A DNA stretch of 64,000 nucleotides from Octopus sinensis (taxonomy: Eukaryota). The stretch is from positions 94,488,001 to 94,552,000 of the forward strand of contig NC_042997.1 of the NCBI RefSeq assembly GCF_006345805.1. The letters run 5' to 3'. Below, in pieces: positions 26,052 through 40,277 of the stretch. A program made the translations under genes and the position numbers. The notes beneath the pieces were generated by a model. It did not search any database and was not told the origin of the DNA. It was given only the letters and a program-made list of their open reading frames with translations. The stretch's first letter is position 1; each line of letters starts with the position of its first letter.

Positions 26052-26331
26052 ATATATAAGAAAATAGTAAAGTGTGAAAAAACGACAGAAGGCTTAAATG
26101 TTAAAAAATATATATATTTGTGTCAAAATGTCTGGAGACATAACGTCACAAGAAATTTGAAAAGCTACACGCGAAACCGGAAATTACTTTAAAACTTTTA
26201 AAATTATGTCATTTTAAGGAAAGGAAAAAAAATTTTTCCAATATTCTCCAGACATTTTGACACAAATATATATATTTTTTAACATTTAAGCCTTCTGTCG
26301 TTATTTCACACTTTACTATTTTCTTATATAT
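26052..26331. repeat. Inverted repeat, 87-bp arms (1 mismatch), 106-bp spacer with a degenerate hammerhead-like motif
   Basis: 26052-26138 is the reverse complement of 26245-26331. It lies between TA tracts. Confidence 0.9.
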
Positions 26332-27284
26332 ATATATATTATATATATATATATATATATTTACGTATGTGTGTGTGTGTGTGTGTATACGTGTATATAT
26401 ATAAATATATATATTTACACACACACACACACACGCACATACACATATTTATGGATCTGTGTACGTGTGTGTGTGTACGTGTTTGTGTGTGTATGTGAGT
26501 TTTATATGATTGAGTATCAAGTTGCCAGATTGAAACTGCATCTAAAACTTGCTCGTTAGATATGAAACCGTGTGCAATTGACAGTACTTCAGCATATGTG
26601 TATTTTCCTGCATGCGCTTGTCCTCATTTTGTAACCATCAGTCTCTATAATAGCGTATTGTTAAAGCTGACTGAACATTCACGAAACATTTATGCCTGGT
26701 TTTGCACGGTTCTCCAGGTTACATCGATAATATTTGATTATTTTCCCTTCACACTCGAGATATACTGAAACTTCAGGTTATATTTCCTTTGTCCATGTAC
26801 ATAACATGGAGTAGACATGTTAACGTCCATCACATAGAATTTATTCTGGTTTGATCAACAGAGTTGTTGTGTTTGGTATGTGATTTTGGCTGTACTCACA
26901 TTTCTTTGTTAGGTACATGTCATCGTTAATTTACCTGCATTGATATTAGATATTTGGCTTGTTTTTACTTGTGATAAATATACTATTAATTTTACTTATG
27001 AAGATCGCCGGGATTTTGTTACAGATACAATTACTTTTACGTTTGTGATTAGGTATTAGAGGCTATTGGATTAAAACCTTTGGGGGTTATTCCCGCTATA
27101 AAATCAGCCCGAAGTTATTACGAGTGTAGTACTGTTTATATGTATAAGCCAATCTTATGACTGACAATTCTGATGACTTTTGATCCCGTAGATGCACCAA
27201 ACGATTCGCAAGTGTTTTTCTTTATCCAGAATGCATTACTATGGAATACGCCAGAATTGCCTGTGCTTGTAATATTAATATCAA

Positions 27285-27432
27285 TTTGTTGGCACAAGAC
27301 CAGTAATTTCGGGGAAGGGGTAAGCTCAACTGGTACTTATCTTATCACCCAGAAAGTCGACCTCGGAATATAAATTCAGAGTATAAAGACGGACGAAATT
27401 TGCGCAAGTAGAACAAATTTACCTAGCTCACT
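27285..27432 (-). mobile_element. SINE family B, deleted and diverged copy
   Basis: ggcacaagaccagtaatttcggggaagggg...aaagtcgacctcggaat...aaagacggacgaaat. Confidence 0.65.
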
Positions 27433-27626
27433 CATTTCCCTACCTACATAAACAATCGTTTTTTGTTTTTCTCTTACATTTCTACCATAAAACCATATTG
27501 TATACCCAATTTTACATAGCATAAAGATGGTATATTTATATTCTTTATGAATTAACTATCAACCTAGTTATATATTGAAACCACAAAGTCCTACTTATGA
27601 AATGGACCTAAAATAATATAATCTTG

Positions 27627-27827
27627 ACTACTCTTGGCATAAGGCCAGAAAATTTTGAGGCGGGGGTCAGTCAATTTGATCGACCCCAGTATGCAACTGG
27701 TGCTTAATTTATCGACCTCGAAAGGCGAAGTCGACCTCGACGGAATTCGAATTCAGAACGTAAAGACAGATGAAATACCGCAAGCATTTCGCCCAGTGTG
27801 CTAACGTTTCTGCCATTTCACCGCCTT
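27627..27827 (-). mobile_element. SINE family B, full-length
   Basis: Minus strand AAGGCGGTGAAATGGCAGAAACGTTAGCAC (A box) ... GAATTCGAATTCC (B box), then GTCGACTTCGCCTTTCGAGGTCGATAAATTAAGCACCAG. Confidence 0.85.
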
Positions 27828-30420
27828 CCTAAAATAGTATAATGTATGTTAAAATCAATTCAGCAAAACTTCAAAATCACTGGCTGACATTTATGCATAT
27901 ATATAAATACATGTATATACATATTCTTGCACACACACTCACACACATACACGCACGCACACAAACACTCGGGAGTGCCCATACAGAGGCACGTGCACAC
28001 ACACAAACACTCGCATATGCACATACACACACGCGCGAATTCACGCACACACAAGATCGGAAAATGAATATAGACTTATGCAAGCTTTGAAAGAATATAT
28101 AAAATTAGGTGAAATATACATTGAAACTACTTTGATTCATACTTTCTTTATATCCCTTTGATATTGAGAGAAGGCATCTAATGTATAACACATTCAGATA
28201 AAAAGAAGAATCAGGGCTTAGAAGAAATGATGCTTTGAAATGGTCATACATTGCGCAAACTTCGAATATGGCAACATCTTTAAAATTATCTTTCAAAAGC
28301 AAACGGAATATTTAAAATAAATATTGATTTAGCTGTATAAAATTTACGGCATGCCATGAAAGCCTGTATAAGATTTCTAAAGATATAAAATATTGTTGTA
28401 GCTGACATCATTTTATAGGAGACTCAATTACATGTGATGTCTATTTTATGTATTTCGCGTACTTTGAACTGATTATAATATTTCTCAATAGTCCACCAAC
28501 AAGGAGTCTGAGAACCTGGTGTTGCTGTTCATGAAATCAAAAATAACTTTTGAAACGTTGAAAATGGTGGAAATACAATTGGCAGGGACATTCGGATAAG
28601 GGTCACTACGAGAGTGTTTGTACTGTAACTGTCGAGATATAATTGATACGATCGATCCCATAACTAATGTTTGTCTCTCAATCAATCACAAATAAAACAG
28701 AAGCGATCATACAGAGAGTGAGCCACGGGATCCTTTACCATAGTTGTTTATTTTTATATACTCAACATTGGGGTTGGTATAAAAGGTCGATTTATATTGT
28801 ACGAACAAATCTCTGTATGTGGCTTTCATATAAGTTTTAGCTTTTATGTCAGCTTCTCGTGATTTTGAGTTACAAGCTAAGAGGAGAGAGCGGGCCACAT
28901 CCAATCTGACACTGTGTTGTCTTCTGGACCTAGCCACGTATGTAACCGAGCTATAGCTTTAAATCTGTTCAAAGTTTTAAACTTTTGTGCAAAGGAACAG
29001 GCTGCGATGGTTTCGATAATTCGGATGTTTGCACCCATTTTAGGAAAATGAATATTTGTTCAGTTTTTGCTAATAAAATAGTACTAAAATAAATAAAAAC
29101 AAAGTTTGTGCGTGTGTGTGTTTGTGTTTCTGTCTGTCTGTTGGTGTATCGCATTCCGATTCCAGTGGTGTTGAGGATACGTTGCAAACTACTTGTTTCT
29201 GAAAACTCAGTCATATGAATGAGAGAAAATTGTATATTTACTGCTGTCTTATTTGAAGTCCCTAAAACCATGATTTTCATTCGGTTATCTATTTACCTGA
29301 AAAAACTATTTTCTCTATTCTAACAAAAACGTATGTTTGAAAGTCTATATAATGCTAATGGTAATATATGATTGTTTTCTTTTTCAGTTGAATGTTTATC
29401 AATTCGATTAACATAATTTATTTCTGCAAGTCCTGTTTAATATTATTATTTGCACAAGCTCATTTATTCTCACAATCCATTCTACAATGATTATAACTGT
29501 TGTGTTATACATCTAAATAGAGGCATGTCATCAATAATAAATACAGATTACATTTTCATACATTCACAAATGTTCAAACTTCCCTACAGCGTCTTATCTT
29601 TCTAATTAACCTTATTCTAAAAGTTTATTACATTTACGTCAACCAATATCTTCTGATTAACTTCATAACGATAACTGAGTAGAGAAAGTTGTTTGCAGAA
29701 CACATAACCGTTATATATTGAAATACGCCATATATCAAGGTTTGGGACATTCACAAAAGGAACAAAAACCCAACAAGAATTTCGTGTATTTTCTTTTTCT
29801 TCATTAATATTCTACACATCAACTATATCTAGTATCGAAACGCAAAACTCTAGAAATATGAAATATTTATATCACATACAGATAGTTGTCAGATACAAAA
29901 ATGTAAATAAAATGTCTCCGTCTTGGTTTATTTATTAGATGTAAAATTTGATTCTCCCATCTCTCTCAACAACATATTCAGAATTTTATTTCAATCACCT
30001 TAACTTTCTGAATGTTGACCATTGCCACTAGCATCTTCTCTTTGTCTTCTTTATCAAAAGAGGTTTGTTTGAAATATTTTTGTTTATACTTTTCCTATGA
30101 ATGCAATGTACATATCCATGGTTTTCTGATATTGTTTTTATTATTACTTTTTTTCTTAATCATATGCAAAAAAGAAAAATGAGGGCATATTAGCTACTGA
30201 TTTTATGGCTTTTCATTTCTTGCACTTTTATTCTCAACATACTTTCCTCCTTATTCTTAAATTGTATTTTTAAGAGATTATCTTGTATTTTAGCAGCTAG
30301 GGAATACATCTTAAATTTCGGATCTGTCTGTGGTTTGCTATGTGAAGATATCACTAGCTATTCACCTAAACTTCATCCATTTCTGATGGAAAGAACTCAC
30401 AACATAATGCACTGAATTCC

Positions 30421-30468
<48 letters not shown>

Positions 30469-31811
30469 AAGAGAGAGACAGAATGAATGAGAAAAAGACA
30501 CTTTCCTAGTAGTTCACTTGTAATTTATTTATCGAGCACGTAATTGAAAACGGCAAAGGTGTCATCATTGGAAGATGAACTCGAAGCGTAGAGAACGTGA
30601 ACAAACATCCCGAAACATGGTTTCCGATTTTCTCATCACTATTGTAACATGTTATGCAGATAGTCTATCATATTCATGCTGTGAAATTTAAACAATGAAG
30701 AAATATAGAACAATATGACAAAGCGATCATACGCCTAATAGTGAGGGCCTTAGAAATTTATCGGGACTATAATAATTCTACTTTTGCAAGAGACCCTTAA
30801 AATATAGTGAAGTCCGGGGGCCCCATTGGCTTCTCATTTTAGAATCCTTGTTCTTTTGATTATAGCTTGGGGAAAATGCAGGGACAAGGTGCCTTACATC
30901 CCGTCCTAAATTTGCATCATATGCAGGTGTATATCTGACTACAGTCCATGTCTGATGATGTGAGATATGTGCGTATGAAAACTTTTATGCTACATCCTAA
31001 TTATAATTTTGTCCAAAACGTGGGTTTTCTCCTAACTTCTCAATACCATTGCGAGTTTATTGAATTTTCAAACAGACAGCAACACTAAATATTCTTCAGT
31101 AGTGTGTCGATAACACCGTTTGCTTCTTGTTTAGGCATAAACAAATAAGCAACAGTGTTATTTTCAATCTGTTTAGAATTAATAAGTTGCTATACGACAA
31201 AATGAAATGTATACAAACAAACTCCGATTACAGACCAAATCGTTTATTATACACTCGGTCATGTTAAATTTTTTCTATAAAAAGAAAGTATCTATTAAAG
31301 GAAAACCGGCATAATCTCTTATTATAATGTAAATATAAAAGGTAGATTTATTTATAAAACACCTAGTTGTACTACGTTTTTTATATATATGTATATTTGG
31401 CGGGGTGAGTGTGTGAGTGTGCGTCTGTGTGTGTAGAATGTTGAAAAGTAACACACGAGTTGATATGTATAGGGAAAACAAGGCAAGGTAGAAAATGATA
31501 AAATAATTTTTATCATGATATCCATTTTGCGACGGTTAGTACTGTTTTCAGTATTTTTTTACTTATTCAATCAAAAGTAAAACAAAGGTGGATACTAATT
31601 AAGAAGAAAAACAATTAAATTGAAGAAACAAATTAAATGACATGTGTTGTAAATATTTCCATTGTCTTCAAATAGCACATTTTCCTTTTTTATGCCTGTC
31701 TGTCTGTCTCTCTCTCTTTGTTTGTGAAGACTCGACAGGTAGTAGGACGTCTGAAAAAATAGTGTTTATGGGTGCAGGGAAATATTTGATTCTGTATAAA
31801 TATATATATTT

Positions 31812-32965
31812 TTTATTAGTTTCAGCTCAAAGCTGCGGCTATGCTGATGCACCGCCGTTTTGTGCTACACTGTTATTACTATGAGCATCCTCTAATATGT
31901 AGCACTTGGTGAAGAATGGAGTTTGATATAGCTACCCTCATTTGCACCTCTTGCCGTGAGGTAGGTTCATCTGGGCCTATCGACAGGAAGATGTCCAGCT
32001 TTGATTTAAAAGCCGCTCCATCTACTTTGTGCAAGTTCCTCAGACTCTTTGGGAGAATATTAAAAAGCTGTGGGCCCTTGAAAACCAGGCTGTTGCAGTA
32101 GCTGGTCCTGAAGCGTGATGGCATTGCTGGGATCTTTCAGCACTGTGCAGTGTCGTCCCGTTCTAGCATTGGTGTAGCTTACAATGCCAAAATTTAGCAC
32201 ACTTCCTTCCAGGATCTTCCAGACATATATTACTGCATACCTCTCCCGTCTAATCTCCAGGGGGTAGAGTCTTCGCTGTTTCAACCTTTCCCAGTAGCTG
32301 AGCTGTTACAAAGAGACGATCTTCTTAGTGAATCTTCTCTGGATTGCTTCAAGATCCGCTGTTAATTTCACACTGGTGGGTGACCATAGCTGTGAGCAGC
32401 AATCCAGGCGGCTGAGGACGAAAGTCCGCCAGTGGACTATCATGGCTTCCTTATCTCTGGTTCTGAATGTTCTTAGGATCCATCCAGCCAGTCGTCTGCA
32501 GTTTGTCGCCATCCTGGTAATGATCACTTGGAAAGAGGTATCATCACTCATGTCGATACCCAGGTCCCTCACAGACTTAGGCTCTGGGATTGAAATTCCC
32601 TGTGGACTGGTGTGCCCTGTAAGTTTAATATTCAGTTTTGGATGCTGGTAGCGCAGGGCCTGGAATTTTTCAGCATTAAACTGCATATTATTATCCTCAC
32701 CCCATCTGTAGATTGAGTCCAACTCCTGCTGCAGGTGTGCAACATCGCTGGGGTTCTGTATTTTCTACGAGACTTTCGTATCGTCTGCATAGCTTGCCAG
32801 AGTGGCTATCCGGGCATTTGAGGGCATATCTGAGAGGGCCACTATAAAAAGCAGTTATCCGAAGACAGTGCCCTGTGGAACACCGCTCAGTATTTGTGTG
32901 TTCATAGATGTTGCTCCATTAACTACTACTGCCTGACTCCTATCTTTCAGGAAGTCATGTATCCA
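31812..32965 (-). mobile_element. 5'-truncated CR1-group LINE (RT C-terminal half + 3' UTR), dead
   Basis: GVPQGTVFG*, YADDTKVS*, MQFNAEKF, RDLGI, LDCCSQLWSP, RRERY motifs. 3' tail GGCGGTGCATCAGCATAGCCGCAGCTTTGAGCTGAAACTAA. Flanked by (TA)n. Confidence 0.95.
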
Positions 32966-34739
32966 TATATATATATATATATATATATATTCACACACAC
33001 AAATGGGATCATTATATGAAATATGGAATGATTTTGGCAGAAGCATGTTATTTATAACATTTAAAACGTAGCAAGCGTCTACATTAAACCTTATTTTAAA
33101 GCTATATTACTTTTTTTCTGAATGCACAAATGACATTTCAGCGTAAGTATGCCATTATGACTATCCCTATGTACGGTTTTCTTATATTAATTTTCCAGAA
33201 TATTTGCATCAGGTTGATAGTTTTGCCAGATGAGATTTCTTTTCCATAACAATTCAATATAATAAAATTTCTAATAAAATATAACTTGGCACGTTATATA
33301 TGAAAAGAAATTGAACAAAAAAATTTGAGATAAATTCAATATTAGTTCTTTTTCAGAACTTTTTAAAAGATCTCATATTCTGCACTGCTGTGAACTTAAT
33401 GCTAAAAACTATAAACATCCATCATATTTTTCGCAATGTCTCTTTATGATATGTGTCAATATACTTTCTGCGTTAAGCTGTAGCATAACTGCATAGTACT
33501 GAGTATGTGTATCTGTGTGTGTGCTTTATTCTTTTGCATTATATAAATTTATGATATTTAAAATAATTCTTTGTCTCGATTTCCTTCCTTTTTTTTATCA
33601 CAAATGTCAAACCTCCCCGGTTGGCGATGGAAAGCCGGGTAAATTTTCTTGTATTGTGTACAATGTATTTACACAAGAAGATTAACGTCATATGCACCAG
33701 AGGAATGCAATATCAATGTCAGTCATTTGCCATTCTGGTTTTTAATATGTTATCATTATTGCTCCTTTAAGAGTTTTCTTATCGCACACTATCCGAATTT
33801 CATTCATAAATATTCATTTCTCTTTTAAATACCAAAATCTTCACTTACAAAAGTTGTTTCATAAATCTGTACCATATATGCATATTGACTAATACAGACA
33901 CTCAGCTATACACACTATATAAGATAAGAGACAAATTACGGTGTCTGAGTTGTTTCAAGAATAGTATTGGTGAAAATGTTTACAAGGACGACTTACTGAA
34001 TGTAATCCTTGAATTATTAAAGAACAGATAGGCCACGCATAGAACACTGTACATCATATGTCTGCTCGATAATGAAAAAAAACAGAGGCTATACCAACAT
34101 CGTACTGGTCTTTATATTGTAGCAAGATATGATAAACGCAACAGGTAACAGATACATACTAATTTGCACACACACATACTAGTAGAAAGAGAGAGAGAGA
34201 GAGAGCGAGAGGGATATATATAAAGAGAAAGAGAGATAAAGAAAGAGAGAGAGAAGGAGAGATTGCTTAGTGATTGCTCAAATTGATATAAATATCTATA
34301 AAATCATACACAAACCCAACCAAATAAATCGTTTTCGAATTCTAGTTTCTTGTTTTTAAAAAAGATGATATAGTGGACATTACCTTATCTTATTTCTTAA
34401 ATTTGAATGGTTTTTACATCGAATGGTACCATTTTCTACGTATTTATGTAGGACGTAACATACATAGAGGTTAGTGTTGGAAAGACACGTAGTCGCTCAC
34501 AAGTGACAAAGGACTTAGCAATTACAAGTAACCAACTTAATGAATTTACTAGCTATATCTGTTCGTACTCGTGACTACGAAGGCAATTCGAGAAAGCGTC
34601 CAAATTTCCAGGCTATATTTCCTTCTGAGTGACTGCTAAGCTTTGTATGTATATGCGCCCGTGTAATCGCTTTTCAGTAGCCAATTTTATGCAATTGATT
34701 TTTGGTGAAAGAGAGAGTTCGATATAACTGCATGTCTTT

Positions 34740-35615
34740 GAGTTTCTTGCTGTAATATAGGTTCATCTGGGAACTTGGACAGTAGGAGATCAAATTGTTC
34801 CTTGAAAGCATGTACTCCTTACGCCATGGAGATCTAAATGTTTTTGCAAGGCATTAAATAACTGCTGGCCCTTGAATCTAATCTACTGCAGTACACAGTC
34901 CTCAATCTAGCGGGGATAGCTGAAACGTTTGGAACAGTACAGTGACATCCAGTTCAGAAATTAGCATAGCTCTTGATGCCAAAGTTTAATATCAACCCCT
35001 CCAGGATCTTATATATGTATATCACTACATACCTCTCGCGTCTACACACCAGGGAGTGAAGTCGTAGCTCTTTCAGATAAATCCAGTAGCTCAGCAGTTC
35101 CATTGATACAATCTTCCTGATGTAGCAGCACTGAACTGCCTCAAGTTCCGCTATTAATTTGACATTGTGTGGTGACCAAGGTTAAGAGCAGTAGTCCAGA
35201 ACGGCTGAGAACAAATATCCTCAATAGCACTGACATATTAATGGTCCCTTGTTGTGAGAGTCCTGAAAATCCATAGGGCCATTCGCCTGCAAATTACCAT
35301 CATGGTAATATGTACGTGAAACGAGTCGTCGTTGCTTGTATCAATCTCCAAATCATGCAGTCTACTTAACTCTTTATTGTCACTCCTTTGTACGCAAAGT
35401 ATCGTTGTTGCGGCATGTGAAAACTAGCTAGCTGATAGGAGATTGCTCGGAATTTACTTGCATTAAATTGCATGGGTTTTTCTTCAGCCCATTTATCATC
35501 AAGATAGTTCTGTAGAAGATTAGCATCGGTGTGTCCCTTGACCGCTCGTACATAATCTGTGACGTCGGCATACCGAGTAAACATGACTGAAGGCATGTCT
35601 GAAAGAGCCACTTTA
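34740..35615 (-). mobile_element. Older, diverged 5'-truncated CR1-group LINE fragment
   Basis: VALSDMPS..TRYADVT..KWAEEKPMQFNASKF. Colinear with the other copies downstream. Confidence 0.85.
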
Positions 35616-35695
35616 AACATACAAACACAAATACTTATATGTATGGTTGAAGGTATGTATATTTCCCCTTATAACAGTGATATATACATACATGC

Positions 35696-35739
<44 letters not shown>

Positions 35740-36258
35740 GTGTATATATATATATAGATATATAGATAGATACGTCTTTAAATACGTGTGTATTTGTATA
35801 TGCACACACACACATATAACGGATATATGCATAATATCGATAGTAATATAAATGTATATATGTTAATACGTGTGTCCGTGTATATATACATATATCACTA
35901 CAAATAGTACGATTATCATGTTTCTTAAATATTTCATTCAAGTACAATATATAATTTATAGAATAGAATATTTGAGATTTGAAGATAGGCAATGTACTCA
36001 TTTGAATATATTGATTTTGCTTTAGAATATACATAAATTGTAGTTTGTTTTAAAATTACAATTTTTAAAATATATATTTGGGAATATATTACATATCCAA
36101 AGTTATGTACTTTGTTCAACAAACGAAATCAGCAATGCATATTTATATTGGCCTTAAGGAACTAACGGTCTAGCATTACAGTGCTTGAATATTTGGAGCG
36201 GTTACATACCAATCTACCTACCTACTAACATATATAAATATATATATATATATATATA

Positions 36259-36291
<33 letters not shown>

Positions 36292-36835
36292 AAGAGGGAT
36301 AATGAGAGAGAGAGAGAGATACACACACTTTTTATCTGAAATAAAACCTATTGGCGATGTGATTTAACTGATATTTACGAACACAATAATATTTTCGGTG
36401 TTGGTATATGTAATTGGTGTTTATTCAGATATCGTTTCATCCTTTCCTGATAACATTTGAGAATAGCGGCGGAATTTATTTGTCTGCACCCTTACCATCT
36501 GACCCACTGTGATCTGTCGGTTTAAATACTATAACAACTTACCTATATAGTTTGTAAATATATTTTGTAAATACATTAATCTCTATATTCCGTGGAAATT
36601 TTGCAACCTCACTGTCTCACTCTGAGACTGCGGATCAAAGGGATTTTAGATTTTCGGGATGTTACATTGGTACAGGGCGACCTCTTTATTACATGGATCT
36701 AAAATTCCAGTTTTAAGTTTGTTCTTATAAATGTGATAATGGTCTACGTCGTGTAAAGAACCTTTTTTCGTTGAAGTAATTCCGTGAAGGTGTCACAAAA
36801 AACTGTATGTAAATGTATAAACAAAATGCTTACGC

Positions 36836-36843
36836 ATCTGTCC

Positions 36844-36877
<34 letters not shown>

Positions 36878-36947
36878 TTATCTATCTAGCCATCCATCCA
36901 TCAATCCATCCATCCATCCATCCATCCATCCATCCATCCATCCATCC

Positions 36948-37034
<87 letters not shown>
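36836..37034. repeat. (TCTG)(TCTA)(TCCA)(TCTA)n compound tetranucleotide microsatellite
   Basis: Direct inspection. Similar (TCTA/GATA)n tracts occur at 44318-44538, 62731-62846 and 63050-63117. Confidence 0.95.
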
Positions 37035-37624
37035 AGTGTGTCCGTCTAATTATATGTATGTCTAGCTAGTTTGCTATCTGTCTAACCTGTCCATTTATCG
37101 CTCTATATAATTTGTGTCATACATATTTAACATTGTGTGATTGCCTGTGTGTGTGTATGCGTGTCTATAGGTTTGTATGCAGTTTTTATGTGTGCATATA
37201 TATACGAGAGTGCACATAACCATATATTAGCACGGGATACGAAAAAACGGTACAGCGTGATATTTAAAGAAGTCTCGTTATCTCATGTTACATCCAGTTT
37301 CTCTACTTATCTTCCCGAGATCGATTAAATAAGCGGTAGATTAAGAACTCATTTTGTTTAAAAAAAAAAGGAAATCTAACATCGTTAGTGGTATTGTCCG
37401 AATATGACACTGTTTGATGATTGAAATCTGTAAACTAATAAAATAATTTAATTTGAAAATAATTTCATTAATTTGATAAAATGTTAGCATTTATATCCTA
37501 ATCATAGCAAAAAAATCTTGTCAAGTTTAATAACTTTCATCGCATTCTCAAAGGAACTACCGTCACTCACTCATAATACATCAATAATATGTCAGGTAAT
37601 ATATGCATGTATGTGTATATGCAG

Positions 37625-37685
<61 letters not shown>

Positions 37686-38047
37686 AAATCAACATATATT
37701 TACAAATATATGTACAATATTTATGTGTTTATATGTGTGTCTGTGTGTGAGTGTGGTATGTGAGCGTGTATCTGTAATGACATTACAATGCATCTATCAT
37801 TTCGTAGGCAAAATCTCATAAAATTATCCGAATTTATATTATATCAGTGAATTTCATTTTTATATTGTGTAAAACTACCCAATATTTCAATATCCCATTA
37901 GACACAATTAATTCAATTAATTATTTTATTTAAAATTTAAATAATATAGGAATAAATAAATAAATTCATTTAAAATATATTACAATTCGATGCACGTACA
38001 GAACGAACATTAAATTTCCATGGTAATTTAAATATAAGACACACACA

Positions 38048-38177
<130 letters not shown>

Positions 38178-38785
38178 GTTTGTGTGTGTGATTATTCAGT
38201 TTATTTCAAGATATCTTGCCAATAGAGAAAGAACCATTTTGTAACCTAGAGGCAAGCCTCCTACATTGGAATTTTAACGTTAGTAACAGGGTATTTTTGT
38301 GTGTATGTATGTATATATATGTATATATGTATGTATATGTATGTATGTATGTATGTATATATGCATGTATGTATGTATGTATGTATGTATGTATGTATGT
38401 ATGTATGTATGTATGTATGTATGTATGTATGTATCCATGTACCGCAACACTTATTTTCCGTTTTGTTATGTTCTAAGGCAATTGGGTACATATTTGCCAT
38501 GTAAGCCAAGTATGCCTAGAAAGTCAAAATCATATGTATGTAAATATCTCTCTGAACCTGTGTGACTCCTTCTCTTTCTCTCTAAGACTCTCTCCTTGCC
38601 TCAAACCCAAACACATATATATGTATATACATAAGAGAGGCAATTATTTCTTTCGGAAATTATATACTCATAACCATAAAAAATATAACTATCATTCGCA
38701 GTGGTATGATTATCGTTTTCAATAAAATTGCTTAGGCATTTATCCATCTATCATTATAAGTATATATATATATATATATATATAT

Positions 38786-38940
38786 ACTTTATTTAAAGCA
38801 GCAGAAAATTCAACAAAACCTGTCACTCTGAGTTTCCCGTTGCCGTTCATCGGACAGTTTTTGCTAGAATCTTACTCTACCACTGGTATTTGAGTACACT
38901 TTTTTCCACCTTGTTTCACATTTATGTGTTTACTCCGGTA
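38786..38940. mobile_element. Short pLTR-like insert in (TA)n, internally inverted relative to the copy at 53361-53503; carries a hammerhead-like motif at 38820-38857 (-)
   Basis: 38787-38857 matches 53433-53503 directly, and 38872-38939 is the reverse complement of 53361-53428. Motif: CUGU-CCGAUGA-aCG(gcaa)CGg-GAAAC-ucaga-GUG-ACAG. Confidence 0.8.
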
Positions 38941-38943
38941 TAT

Positions 38944-38982
<39 letters not shown>

Positions 38983-39113
38983 TGCTCTGCATTTAAATTG
39001 ATGCAATGGTTGCATTGTTCAATTAAATGGAGTGGCATGAAACGATCGTACTGCTTTACCTCTGGATATCCTTGTTGCTTATTTTGATATATATATATAT
39101 ATACATATATATA

Positions 39114-40277
39114 TTTTTTTCTAGTTTCAGCTCAGAGCTGCGGCCATGCTTATGCACCGCCGTTTTGTGCAACACTGTTATTGCAAAGAACCTCGTCTAA
39201 TATGTGGCACTTGGTGAAGAATGGAGTTTGATATAGCTACTCTCATTTGCACCTCTTGCCGTGATGTAGGTTTATCTGGGACACTCGACAGGAAGATGTC
39301 CAGCTTTGATTTAAAAACCGCTACATCTACTTTGTGCAAGTTCCTCAGACTCTTTGGGAGAATATTAAAAAGCTGTGGGCCCTTGAAACCCAGGCTGCTG
39401 CAGAAGCTGGTCCTGAAGCGTGATGGCATTGCTGGGATCTTTGGCACTATGCAGTGTCGTCCCGTTCTAGCATTGGTGTAGCTTAGAATGCCAAAATTTA
39501 GCACAATTCCTTCCCAGACGTATATTACTGCATACCTCTCCTATCTTCTCTCCAGGGAGTAGAGTCTTAGCTGTTTCAACCTTTCCCAGTAGCTGAGTTG
39601 TTGCAAAGAGACGATATTCTTAGTGAATCTTCTCTGGATTGGTTCAAGGTCTGCTGTTAATTTTACACTGGTGGGTGACCATAGCTGTGAGCAGCAATCC
39701 AGGCGGCTGAGGACGAAAGTCCGCCAGAGGACCATCATGGTTTGCTTATCTCTGGTTCTGAATGTTCTTAGGATCCATCCAGCCAGTCGTCTGAACTTTG
39801 TCGCCATCCTGGTAATGTGCACTTGGAAAGAGGTATCATCACTCATGTCGATACCCAGGTCCCTCACAGACTTAGGCTCTGGGATTGAAATTCCCTGTGG
39901 ACTGGTGTGCCCTGTAAGTTTAATATTCAGTTTTGGATGCTGGTAGCGCAGGGCCTGGAACTTTTCAGCATTAAACTGCATATTATTATCCTCACCCCAT
40001 CTGTAGATTGAGTCTAACTCCTGCTGCAGGTGTGCAACATCGCTGGGGTTCTGTATTTTCTACGAGACTTTCGTATCTTCTGCATAGCTTGCCAGAGTGG
40101 CTATCCGGGCATTTGAGGGCATATCTGAGAGGGCCACTATAAAAAGCAGTTATCCGAAGACAGTGCCCTGTGGAACACCGCTCACTATTTGTGTGTTCAT
40201 AGATGTTGCTCCATTAACCACTACTGCCTGACTCCTATCTTTCAGGAAGTCATGTAACCACACTCCAAGTTTTCCAA
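39114..40277 (-). mobile_element. 5'-truncated CR1-group LINE, dead; close sister of 31812-32965
   Basis: Colinear and highly similar to 31812-32965, with the same two nonsense codons. Confidence 0.95.

Noticed and set aside
28485-29300. Possible host exons
   Set aside because: Plausible AG sites, but all frames stop quickly and there is no recognisable protein motif or matching donor.
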